A DNA stretch of 64,000 nt, from the NCBI GenBank assembly GCA_944372425.1, contig CALVZC010000001.1, positions 22,444 to 86,443 on the forward strand. Reading direction: 5' to 3'. Each line of letters begins with the position of its first letter. Within the stretch, counting starts at the first letter, position 1. This DNA comes from an uncultured Bacilli bacterium. GTDB lineage: Bacteria; Bacillota_I; Bacilli_A; RF39; UBA660. The translations under genes were made by a program, and so were the position numbers. Positions 10,821 through 20,611 of this stretch are shown piece by piece. The notes under the pieces were generated by a model. That model was not told the origin of the DNA. It did not search any database and saw only the letters and a list, made by a program, of their open reading frames with translations.

Positions 10821-10889
10821 TTTGTTTTATAGTTTAATTTTTTTACTATTAATGTTACAATTATAATAAATAATAGGTGATAAAAGAAA

Positions 10890-11144
10890 ATGAATTGGAA
10901 ATTAAAACTATTTTATGTGATAGATATATTTATAATGATATTAAGTTTAATTATTTTATTGTTATTGAATAATTCTAAAGCATATGGATTATCTGCATTA
11001 ACTAATGCTGGGTATTTTGCTTTAGTTTTATTAATTCTTTTATTAAGTATTATTGTTTGTTTTATTGTGACAGTAGTTAATATTTGTTTAAAAATTAAGG
11101 TTTCAAAAAATAAAAAAAACATAATAGTAAATAATATGTTATAA
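10890..11144 (+). CDS. small hypothetical membrane protein
   Basis: 84 aa with two hydrophobic segments. RBS-like aggtga upstream. No family recognised. Confidence 0.4.
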   Translation: MNWKLKLFYVIDIFIMILSLIILLLLNNSKAYGLSALTNAGYFALVLLILLLSIIVCFIVTVVNICLKIKVSKNKKNIIVNNML

Positions 11145-11174
11145 TAATTTTATTGTATAAATAGAGGTGTTTTA

Positions 11175-11768
11175 GTGAGAGTAATTGAAAAAGATCCTTT
11201 GTTCTATAAAATAGTAAGGCCAGTTATTAGCTTATTATTTAAGATATTGTATCGACCTATTATAATTGGGAAAGAAAACATTCCTAATAAAGGACGTATC
11301 GTAATTGCAGGTAATCATACAAATAATTTTGATTGTGTATTGCTAATTTGTTCTACTAATCGTTGTATTCATTTTTTAGCTAAAGATGAACTTTATCGAG
11401 GAATTAAAAAAATATTATTTAAACATATGGGAATAATACCAGTCAATAGAAGAACAAAAGATAACTTCGCTCTTGCTAAAGCAAAATCATTTTTAAATAA
11501 AGAGATGGCTATTGGTATTTTTCCAGAAGGAACTTTTAATAGAAGTGATAAAGTTATTTTACCTTTTAAAATTGGAGCAGTAAAAATGGCACATGATACT
11601 AATTCAAAGATTGTTCCATTTACTATTACTGGAAAATATAAATTATTTAAAAAAAGAGTTAAGATTACATTTTATAAACCAATAACTATAAAAGGTGATA
11701 ATTTAGACGAAGCAAATGAAGACTTAATGAAGTTTATTAGTAAAAAATTAACTAGTAGTGAGGTATAA
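11175..11768 (+). CDS. 1-acyl-sn-glycerol-3-phosphate acyltransferase family (PlsC-like) protein
   Basis: GTG start after gaggtg. HX4D motif GNHTNNFD, FPEGT motif, PFKIGAVKMA. Confidence 0.8.
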   Translation: MRVIEKDPLFYKIVRPVISLLFKILYRPIIIGKENIPNKGRIVIAGNHTNNFDCVLLICSTNRCIHFLAKDELYRGIKKILFKHMGIIPVNRRTKDNFALAKAKSFLNKEMAIGIFPEGTFNRSDKVILPFKIGAVKMAHDTNSKIVPFTITGKYKLFKKRVKITFYKPITIKGDNLDEANEDLMKFISKKLTSSEV

Positions 11769-11769
11769 T

Positions 11770-13497
11770 ATGAGTTTTTTAAATATTTTTGGAATTAAGA
11801 CAAAACCCAAAGCACCATGGAGTAAATATTATAAAAATAATGAAATGAAACTAAAGGTTCCAGAAGGATCACTTTATGATTTTATTAAGCAAAATTTACC
11901 AGAATGTAATAATGTAGTTGCATATAACTATTATGGACATTTAGTGACTTATAAAGAGTTTTTTAAACAAATAGATTTAGCTTCTCGTTCTTTTCGTAGT
12001 CAAGGAATAAGAAAAGGTGATGTAGTTACTATTTGTATGCCTAATACACCAGAAGGTATTATTAGCTTTTATGCTTTAAATAAAATTGGGGCTATTGCTA
12101 ATATGATTCATCCGTTATCTAGTGAACAAGAAATTAAAAATTATTTAATTTCTACTAATAGTGTTATGCTTGTTATGATTGATTTGTGTTATGAAAAAGT
12201 AGCTGAAATAATTAAAGAAACCGATGTTTATAAAACAATAATTGTATCTGCTGGTAATTCGATGTCAATGTTACTTAAACTAGGGTATATATTCACTAAA
12301 AGTTATAAGATAAAAAAGCCTTATTTTAAAGGCGAATACATGTATTGGAATGATTTCTTGCGTAAAGGTAGTAGTTATAATGGAAGGTGTAGTTTTGAAA
12401 CTGATAAAGATACACCTGCTGTGATTTTGCATAGTGGTGGGACAACCGGTACTCCTAAAGGAATTTTGTTATCTAATGGTAATTTTAATACATTAGCAGA
12501 ACAAGCAAAAATTGTTTTAAAAAATTTAGAAAAAGGTGATACGATATTAACAATAATGCCTATTTTTCATGGTTTTGGTATTGGCGTTTCAGTTCATACA
12601 CCTTTACATATAGGATGTACTATAAATTTAATTCCACAGTTTGATGCTAGACATTTTGATAAGTTATTAGCAAAAACAAATCCACAAGTTGTAGTAGGAG
12701 TTCCTACCCTTTATGAAGCACTTTTAAATACTAATAATAAGAAATTAGATTTAAAAAAATTGAAATATGCAATATGTGGTGGTGATACTCTTACAGTTAG
12801 TTTAGCAAGAAGAGTTAATGTTTTTTTGGAAGAACATAATTCAAAAGTAAAAATTATGCAAGGCTATGGAATGACCGAAAGTACAGCTGCAACTGCTCTA
12901 GCTTGTGATGATTATAATGTTGAAGGAAGCATTGGAATTCCATTTCCAGGTGATTATTTTAAAATAGTAAAGCCTAATACTCAAGAAGAAGCGCCTTATA
13001 TGGAAACAGGAGAAATTTGTGTTTGCGGTCCAACAGTTATGATGGGATACTTAGATAATGAAAAAGAAACTAATGAGGTTTTACAAATTCATGATGATGG
13101 TAATGTTTGGCTACATACTGGTGATATGGGATATATGAATAAGGATGGTATAATTTTTTATCAAAGTAGGTTAAAAAGAATGATTATATCTTCTGGATAC
13201 AACATATATCCACAACAGATAGAAACAGTTATTGAAGAACATGAAGCAGTATTAAAATGTACAGTAATTGGAATACCACATCCATATAAAGTTCAAGTTG
13301 CTAAAGCAATAATAGTTTTAAAAAACGGTTATAGTGATTCTTGGATAACTAGAAAGAGTATAAAAGAACATTGTGAAAAAAATTTATCAAAATTTTCTTT
13401 ACCTTATGAATATGAATATCGAAAATCACTTCCTAGAACTTTAATAGGAAAAGTTGATTTAAAGAAATTAAGTGAAGAATCATCTAATGGTGAATAA
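11770..13497 (+). CDS. AMP-dependent acyl-CoA/acyl-ACP ligase (long-chain fatty acid ligase family)
   Basis: AMP-binding motif LHSGGTTGTPKG, then GYGMTE, then TGDMGY ... RLKRMI. I prefer the ATG at 11770 (RBS gtgagg) over the track start at 11758. Confidence 0.85.
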   Translation: MSFLNIFGIKTKPKAPWSKYYKNNEMKLKVPEGSLYDFIKQNLPECNNVVAYNYYGHLVTYKEFFKQIDLASRSFRSQGIRKGDVVTICMPNTPEGIISFYALNKIGAIANMIHPLSSEQEIKNYLISTNSVMLVMIDLCYEKVAEIIKETDVYKTIIVSAGNSMSMLLKLGYIFTKSYKIKKPYFKGEYMYWNDFLRKGSSYNGRCSFETDKDTPAVILHSGGTTGTPKGILLSNGNFNTLAEQAKIVLKNLEKGDTILTIMPIFHGFGIGVSVHTPLHIGCTINLIPQFDARHFDKLLAKTNPQVVVGVPTLYEALLNTNNKKLDLKKLKYAICGGDTLTVSLARRVNVFLEEHNSKVKIMQGYGMTESTAATALACDDYNVEGSIGIPFPGDYFKIVKPNTQEEAPYMETGEICVCGPTVMMGYLDNEKETNEVLQIHDDGNVWLHTGDMGYMNKDGIIFYQSRLKRMIISSGYNIYPQQIETVIEEHEAVLKCTVIGIPHPYKVQVAKAIIVLKNGYSDSWITRKSIKEHCEKNLSKFSLPYEYEYRKSLPRTLIGKVDLKKLSEESSNGE

Positions 13498-13498
13498 T

Positions 13499-14104
13499 AT
13501 GAAAAAAATAAAAATATTTCAAGATTTTGGTTATAAAATAATAAAATTTATTTTAGGTCCAATTTTTAAATTATATTATAGACCTAAAATTATTAACAAA
13601 AAAGTAATTTCAAAGGATGGTCCAATAATAATATGTGGTAATCATAAACATGTATATGATCAGTGCCCAATAATTATTTCTACTAAAAGAGTTATTCATT
13701 ATATGGCAAAAAAAGAATATTTTGATTCAAAATTTGCTTGGTTTTTTAAAATGGCAGGTTGTATTTCTGTTAATAGACAAATAAAAGATAATGATGCAAC
13801 AGAAAAAGCACTCGAGATATTAAAAAATAATGGTGCAATTGGTATATTCCCAGAGGGAACAAGAAATAAAACAAAGGATAAATTTTTATTACCATTTAAA
13901 TTTGGTGCAGTGTCAATGGCAAAAAAAACAAATGCGACTATTGTACCATTTGGATTAACTGGCGATTATCATTTTAGAAGTAAAAATCTTACTGTTAGAT
14001 TTGGAACTCCATTTAAAGTTAATGATATGTCACTTGAAGAAGCTAATAATAAGTTATATAAAGAAATAGAAAAACTAATGAAAGAAAATTTAAATATAAA
14101 GTAG
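13499..14104 (+). CDS. second PlsC-like acyltransferase (paralog of 11175..11768)
   Basis: GNHKHVYD (HX4D), FPEGT, PFKFGAVSMA. The ATG at 13499 follows ggtga and lies 2 nt after the ligase stop. Confidence 0.8.
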   Translation: MKKIKIFQDFGYKIIKFILGPIFKLYYRPKIINKKVISKDGPIIICGNHKHVYDQCPIIISTKRVIHYMAKKEYFDSKFAWFFKMAGCISVNRQIKDNDATEKALEILKNNGAIGIFPEGTRNKTKDKFLLPFKFGAVSMAKKTNATIVPFGLTGDYHFRSKNLTVRFGTPFKVNDMSLEEANNKLYKEIEKLMKENLNIK

Positions 14105-14288
14105 AAAGAAGGTAAAAGAATGGAATTTAGGAATACAAACAAATATTCGAGTGGGGGCACTTTACTAAATTAGAAGCCTTTACCTTAAAAGATAAAATAG
14201 GTTTAATCATAATATTAAAAGAAATAATGACAAAATTCATATATGAAATAAGAAATAAATTAGTATATGAAAGATGTGAAGTAATATT

Positions 14289-15800
14289 ATGATAAAACCA
14301 AAAATAATGTTTTTAATAACAATAACAATTTTAGGATTATCGATAGGATATGGAGCTTTTAATGCAGAATTATCAATAAGTGGAGAAGCTTCAGTTAATC
14401 CACCAAAAGAATATAAAGAAGCAATATTAAATGGAACAGAACCAAAATTAGAAGAACCATTAATACCAGTAACAATAGAAGATGATGGAACAGTAAAGAA
14501 AGCAGATTTAACAAGTAAGTGGTATAGTTATGAAGAAAAAAGATGGGCAAATGCAGTAATATTAAAAAATGAAAATAAAGAATATGTTAGTGGAGAAATA
14601 ATACCAGAAGAAGAAATAGAGAGTTATTTTGTATGGATACCGAAGTATAGTTATAAGTTATGGGATTTAGGAAATTATAGTAGTAGTAATACAGGAATAG
14701 ATGCAAGTAAAGTACATTCAATAGATATAAAATTCGGAACAATAAATACTACTGATAGTATAGAAGGAGAATGTACAACACCTGGATTATCAGGAGAAAG
14801 TAGAAACTGTGAAGTAGGAGATTATATGACTCATCCAGCTTTCTTAGCATTCAATACAAATGGACTATGGGTAGGAAAGTTTGAGACAGGATATGATGGA
14901 GCAACAAGTATATCTGGAGCTCAAAAAAATACAACAGAAGTAGATAAAGTAATAATAAAACCAAACGTTTATAGTTGGAGGAATATACAAGTAGCCAATG
15001 CTTTCACAGTAAGTTATAATTACAAACGTGAATTAGAATCACATATGATGAAGAATACAGAATGGGGAGCAGTAGCTTATTTATCACATTCTATATATGG
15101 AATAAATAGTGAAGTAAGATTGAATAATAATTCTAGTCGTAAAACGGGATATTCAGCAGTATCAGAACCAACATTAGACTATCCAGAATATAAGGGTTAT
15201 GGAACAAGTAGTAGTGTAACTCAAGCCTATAATACAACGACAGGATATTTAGCAAGCACAACAGGAAATATAACGGGAGTATATGATATGTCAGGAGGAA
15301 GTCATGAATATGTAATGGGAGTCCAAGTAGATGAGAGTGGACTACCATTATCAGGAAGACATAATATCTATAATTCAGGGTTTAATGGAATATTAGGATG
15401 TCCGACATGTGATATAGGAACAGTAAGTGGAGTAGATAGCAGTATAACTAGTATAACAAATGGGATAAATTTACCTAGCAATAAATATTATGATAGTTAT
15501 AAAGTAAATAGTAATTGGAATAGAGCAAATAGGATATTAGGTGATGGAACAGGAGAGATGGGACCATTTGGAACTATTCAGACAACAGGAACAACAGAAC
15601 AATGTGGAGAAACTGGAATATGTAATAGACCAATAGGTTCATGGTATGGTGATACCTCTTCGTTTGTTTACTCTAGCGGCCCTTGGTTCAACCGTGGGGG
15701 CTACTATGGCGACGGTTCTGGAGCTGGTGCGTTCTATTTCGCCAGCTACGACGGGTATGCTACCGGCAACCTTTCTTTCCGTTTGATTTTGTGTATATGA
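14289..15800 (+). CDS. secreted or membrane-anchored protein with an FGE-sulfatase / C-type-lectin-like C-terminal domain
   Basis: 503 aa. N-terminal hydrophobic anchor MIKPKIMFLITITILGLSIGYGAF. Motifs WVGKFETG, GVYDMSGGSHEYV (compare the GxYDMxGNVWEW motif of FGE-like domains), and a C-terminal FNRGGYYGDGSGAGAFYF...SFRL. Confidence 0.8.
   Translation: MIKPKIMFLITITILGLSIGYGAFNAELSISGEASVNPPKEYKEAILNGTEPKLEEPLIPVTIEDDGTVKKADLTSKWYSYEEKRWANAVILKNENKEYVSGEIIPEEEIESYFVWIPKYSYKLWDLGNYSSSNTGIDASKVHSIDIKFGTINTTDSIEGECTTPGLSGESRNCEVGDYMTHPAFLAFNTNGLWVGKFETGYDGATSISGAQKNTTEVDKVIIKPNVYSWRNIQVANAFTVSYNYKRELESHMMKNTEWGAVAYLSHSIYGINSEVRLNNNSSRKTGYSAVSEPTLDYPEYKGYGTSSSVTQAYNTTTGYLASTTGNITGVYDMSGGSHEYVMGVQVDESGLPLSGRHNIYNSGFNGILGCPTCDIGTVSGVDSSITSITNGINLPSNKYYDSYKVNSNWNRANRILGDGTGEMGPFGTIQTTGTTEQCGETGICNRPIGSWYGDTSSFVYSSGPWFNRGGYYGDGSGAGAFYFASYDGYATGNLSFRLILCI
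15636..15797 (+). other. DGR variable-region-like segment (A-depleted, GC-rich, NNC-codon-rich 3' tail)
   Basis: Hand counts: 15661-15720 has 34/60 G+C and 7/60 A; 15721-15780 has 33/60 G+C and 9/60 A. 20 of the 45 codons from 15651 to 15785 end in C, against 0 of the first 45 codons of the same gene. No matching template repeat or RT is in the window. Confidence 0.45.
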
Positions 15801-15838
15801 CTTTGTTATTGAAATTATTTTAAATTAATATATATAAA

Positions 15839-15863
15839 AAGAATTGTTGTTTCAACAATTCTT
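15839..15863. terminator. bidirectional intrinsic terminator between convergent genes
   Basis: Hairpin aagaattgttg-tttc-aacaattctt, flanked by an A-run on the left and T-rich sequence on the right. Confidence 0.7.
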
Positions 15864-16812
15864 AATTATTATTTTGGTTATTGTTTTCATTGTTTTTGAT
15901 ATTAGGATTAGCTATTGGGCCGTTAGATGTAGGTATAGATTTATCTACGAAAGTAGTTTTTAATTTTGTTTTATCATCTATTTGTCCAACATTGCTATTT
16001 GCGCCTAATTGATTATTTATGTTCATTAAACCGGTTTTTTCTGAAATACTTCTATCAGGTATTATTTCTTTTGGTTTAGTTAAGTATATTGTATCAATTT
16101 GATTTTGGGTTATTGATTCAGCTTGTTTTTTTAGTTCGTCGTAATCTAAATTTTCAGCTTCTATTGTGTCAGTTTCAAATGCGTAATTTGTAATATAAGT
16201 TAATATTATGGAAAAGATTTCAACATAAAGTGAAATAGTTACAACTTTATAAGCTGCTTCTGATGTTTCCTTTAGTGATGAGAAATTAAATCCCTTATAT
16301 CCATATACGTTTGGAAGCGTTTCAATCATTTCAGCTTTAATTATTACCCATAACTGGACGATTATACTGGCAATTATAGCTATGTATGCAATTTTTTTAA
16401 TAAAATCACATATAGTATTGTTTGGTTTTACGACACATAAAAGAGAATAAGCTAAAAGGTATAGCTGTATTTGTGAAATAAAGTTATATATGTTTACTAT
16501 AATACTATACAAAGATTCATTTATATCTTTTAATGGTAAGAATAAGACTACTGCTGATAAAATTATTGAGAATAACATAAAAAAAAGTATTATTCTTACA
16601 AGATAGTTTTCATCTTTTCTTTGAAGACAAAAACTAGAAATTGCCATAATTATTATCGGAATTATATTCATTGTAAATAGTTCTGATAATTTAGAAGCAA
16701 AATCGGGAATATCATTTACTGGAAAAATAGAACTCGTGATAATTAAGGCAATTAGACATCCAACTAATAAAATAGAAAATAATTTCATTAAATTTTTCAT
16801 AGATATAATCAT
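15862..16812 (-). CDS. hypothetical polytopic membrane protein with an N/Q-rich C-terminal tail
   Basis: 316 aa. About 6 TM segments, then a soluble tail ending NIKNNENNNQNNN. The start is ambiguous (16812 or 16800). Confidence 0.6.
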   Translation of the reverse strand: MIISMKNLMKLFSILLVGCLIALIITSSIFPVNDIPDFASKLSELFTMNIIPIIIMAISSFCLQRKDENYLVRIILFFMLFSIILSAVVLFLPLKDINESLYSIIVNIYNFISQIQLYLLAYSLLCVVKPNNTICDFIKKIAYIAIIASIIVQLWVIIKAEMIETLPNVYGYKGFNFSSLKETSEAAYKVVTISLYVEIFSIILTYITNYAFETDTIEAENLDYDELKKQAESITQNQIDTIYLTKPKEIIPDRSISEKTGLMNINNQLGANSNVGQIDDKTKLKTTFVDKSIPTSNGPIANPNIKNNENNNQNNN

Positions 16813-16892
16813 TCCTCTCTACTATTATTACTATATAAATTTAACATATAATTAAAAGTTTTACAATATAGAAATGGTTGTGATATAATTAA

Positions 16893-18026
<1,134 letters not shown>

Positions 18027-18034
18027 GGTGTAAT

Positions 18035-18286
18035 ATGAAGAAGCATACATATATTCCAACTGGTATTTGTGCTACAAGAATAGTTATTTATATTAATGAA
18101 GATAATACAATTAATAGAATAGAAGTAGAAAATGGTTGCCCAGGAAATTCCCTTGGAATTTCTGCATTATGCCAAGGTAAAAATATAAATTATGTAATAG
18201 AAAAATTAGAAGGTATTAAATGTGATAATAAAATGACATCTTGTCCAGATCAAATAGCAAAGGCATTAAAAAAAATTAATCAATAG
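18035..18286 (+). CDS. TSCPD-type small 4-Cys protein (TIGR03905-like)
   Basis: ATG after gaggtg. GICATRIVIYIN...NGCPGNSLGISALCQG...GIKCDNKMTSCPDQIAKAL matches my memory of this family pattern. Confidence 0.7.
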   Translation: MKKHTYIPTGICATRIVIYINEDNTINRIEVENGCPGNSLGISALCQGKNINYVIEKLEGIKCDNKMTSCPDQIAKALKKINQ

Positions 18287-18297
18287 GAAAATAATTC

Positions 18298-18654
18298 CTA
18301 TTTTTTTTCTTTTTTATTAATACCAATAACACTACCAATAATAGTTACTAGTAATATTAAAAAGTAATAAAAAATTTTAATCATGTTAAAGTTGTCATTA
18401 AATCCTAAATAAGAAAGTAAAATTATAAATAGAATTGTTATTAATCCAACTTTAATTCCTTCTAAATATCCTTTATTATTACTTTTAATACCAATGTATA
18501 AACCACTTATAAAGCTAAGTACTAATATAGATAAAATTTTTAATACAGAATTAGTAGTATTTCCTATTATATTGAAATAACAAAGGCTACTAAATAGTAT
18601 ATTAACTAATATAGTGGTTAATAGAACAATAAGGAAAGCTTTTAGATATTTCAT
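18298..18654 (-). CDS. small integral membrane protein (YrzE/TIGR04086-like)
   Basis: 118 aa with four hydrophobic segments. The family assignment is tentative. Confidence 0.5.
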   Translation of the reverse strand: MKYLKAFLIVLLTTILVNILFSSLCYFNIIGNTTNSVLKILSILVLSFISGLYIGIKSNNKGYLEGIKVGLITILFIILLSYLGFNDNFNMIKIFYYFLILLVTIIGSVIGINKKEKK

Positions 18655-18727
18655 AAATTCACCCTAGTAAAGTATATTAAGATGAATAAAAAATAATACC
18701 AATTAACATAATAAAATAGGTGATATT

Positions 18728-19372
18728 ATGGACTATTTAATAGTATTGTTTAGAACTTTTATATTTTATATTTTAATAATAATTATATATAGATTTATGG
18801 GGAAAAGAGAAGTAGGACAATTAAGCATAATAGATTTAATAGTATCTATACTTATAGCAGAATTGGCAGCTATTTCAATAGATAATAGAGAAGAAAGTAT
18901 TTTTTTATCTATATTACCGATTTTCTTCCTTTTACTTATTCAAATATTATTATCGAAGATATCTATTAGATTTCCTAGATTTCGTAATATGGTAGATGGT
19001 GTTCCATCGATTATTATAAATAATGGTAAAGTAAATTTTAAAGAGATGATAAGACAACGTTATAATTTAGATGACTTACTTACTCAATTACGTGAGCAGA
19101 AAATTAAAACAATAGAAGATGTCGATTTTGCAATTTTAGAAAATAATGGTAATCTTTCTGTATTTTCGAAATATGATTCGAGAGTAGGTGAATATCCAAT
19201 TGCAATTATATTAGATGGAAAAATAAACTATCAAACGTTAAAAAAAATAAATAAGTCTCAAAAATGGCTAGAAGAAATGCTAATAAAGAAAAAAATTAAT
19301 TTATCACAAATTTTTTATGCTTTTTATTCTAATAATTCTTTATACATTATAAAAAATAGTGATTATTTATAA
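18728..19372 (+). CDS. DUF421 (YetF-like) membrane protein
   Basis: N-terminal TMs with the MGKREVGQLSIIDLIVSILIAELAA motif typical of DUF421, plus a soluble C-terminal domain. Confidence 0.8.
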   Translation: MDYLIVLFRTFIFYILIIIIYRFMGKREVGQLSIIDLIVSILIAELAAISIDNREESIFLSILPIFFLLLIQILLSKISIRFPRFRNMVDGVPSIIINNGKVNFKEMIRQRYNLDDLLTQLREQKIKTIEDVDFAILENNGNLSVFSKYDSRVGEYPIAIILDGKINYQTLKKINKSQKWLEEMLIKKKINLSQIFYAFYSNNSLYIIKNSDYL

Positions 19373-19397
19373 AAAAAACTACTAATATTTTTAGTAG

Positions 19398-20270
19398 TTA
19401 TTTATAAGTTTCTTTTTTTATTTGCTCTAAATTATATTGCATTAATTTAAAGTAATCATCATTATTATTTCGTTCTTCTGTAGTTATATTGTCAAGCTTT
19501 TTTAATTTAATTTCTGTTAGTGAAGAATTGTTTTCAAGCAATAATTTTACTGTTTCATTATCTTCAGTATTTTCTAAACTATAAATATATTTTATTGAGT
19601 TTGAATTAATCATATTATTGACTTCAATAACAGTTTTATCTAGTGCTGTATTGTCATCATCTAAAGATATAACATTAAATCCATATTTTTTTAGATAGCT
19701 AAGTGATTTATTAGCAACAACAATAGTATTTGAAGTAGAATTTTCGGCAGTTAATTTAATTTCTGCATCTAATTCTGATAATTTAAGTTTTAATTTTTCG
19801 TATTCTTCTTCAATTTCTTTAATTAAATATGTATTATCTACATATTCAATAAGTCCATTCTTAATATTTTGAGCAACCATTAATAAATTAGAAGGATTTA
19901 ACCATAATTCTTCTATATATTCAGGGCTCATTCCTAAGCTTCCATCAATTATTAGTAATTTTTTATTTTTATCCAATAACTTTACGGCGATGTCTTTATC
20001 ATTACCTGCACTTACATAAACAAATAAATCTTCTTTACTATAATTATCTAACATTTTATCATTTATTTCGTAAGTTGAATTATTAACTCCATCTGGATAA
20101 ATTGATTTTACTAAACAATGATCTCCATATAATTGTTTTATTATAAATTCTAAAGGATAACTAGTAGTTATAATATCTATTCCTTCCATTGTATCAATTT
20201 TAAAAAAATCACATCCTGATAATAATAATATGGAAATAATACTTAATATAAATAGTTTAAATTTTTTCAT
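19398..20270 (-). CDS. ZnuA/TroA-like solute-binding lipoprotein with degenerate metal site
   Basis: Lipobox LLLSGC. DIITTSYPLEFIIKQLYGD...VKSIYPDG resembles cluster-9 SBPs. The positions where I expect the liganding His read GVNNSTYE, EELWLNP and VVANKSLSYL. Confidence 0.6.
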   Translation of the reverse strand: MKKFKLFILSIISILLLSGCDFFKIDTMEGIDIITTSYPLEFIIKQLYGDHCLVKSIYPDGVNNSTYEINDKMLDNYSKEDLFVYVSAGNDKDIAVKLLDKNKKLLIIDGSLGMSPEYIEELWLNPSNLLMVAQNIKNGLIEYVDNTYLIKEIEEEYEKLKLKLSELDAEIKLTAENSTSNTIVVANKSLSYLKKYGFNVISLDDDNTALDKTVIEVNNMINSNSIKYIYSLENTEDNETVKLLLENNSSLTEIKLKKLDNITTEERNNNDDYFKLMQYNLEQIKKETYK

Positions 20271-20494
20271 TTTAATTTCTCCTTAATTGGTACAGGATCA
20301 TATCCATTTTCTTTATTAAATGGATTGCATCTTATTATACGTTTTATAGCTAAATAACAACCTTTAAAGCATCCATATTCATCAATTGCAATAATCGCAT
20401 AATTAGAGCAAGTTGGTTGAAATTTACACATAGAATGACTAGGTAATGGAATTTTTTGATATGTTCTTATTAAAAAAATTAATATTTTTCTCAT
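20267..20494 (-). CDS. yidD: membrane protein insertion efficiency factor YidD
   Basis: MRKILIFLIRTYQKIPLPSHSMCKFQPTCSNYAIIAIDEYG. I prefer the internal ATG at 20494 over the track start at 20509. Overlaps the downstream gene by 4 nt. Confidence 0.85.
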   Translation of the reverse strand: MRKILIFLIRTYQKIPLPSHSMCKFQPTCSNYAIIAIDEYGCFKGCYLAIKRIIRCNPFNKENGYDPVPIKEKLK

Positions 20495-20611
20495 GCTCTC
20501 ACCAGACATTCACTATTATTATTTTACTATTAAATATTCATTTAATCAATAAATATAATATTTTTGTTTAAATAAGTTTTATATTTTGTTATAATAATAT
20601 TGGTGATATAA

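Noticed and set aside
14151-14158. Possible DGR template repeat just upstream of the target gene. The 8-mer gtgggggc is shared with the VR-like tail at 15694-15701.
   Set aside because: Extending the alignment in either direction gives mismatches at non-A positions of the putative template, for example t versus c. That is incompatible with adenine-specific mutagenesis. The 8-mer match is most likely chance.
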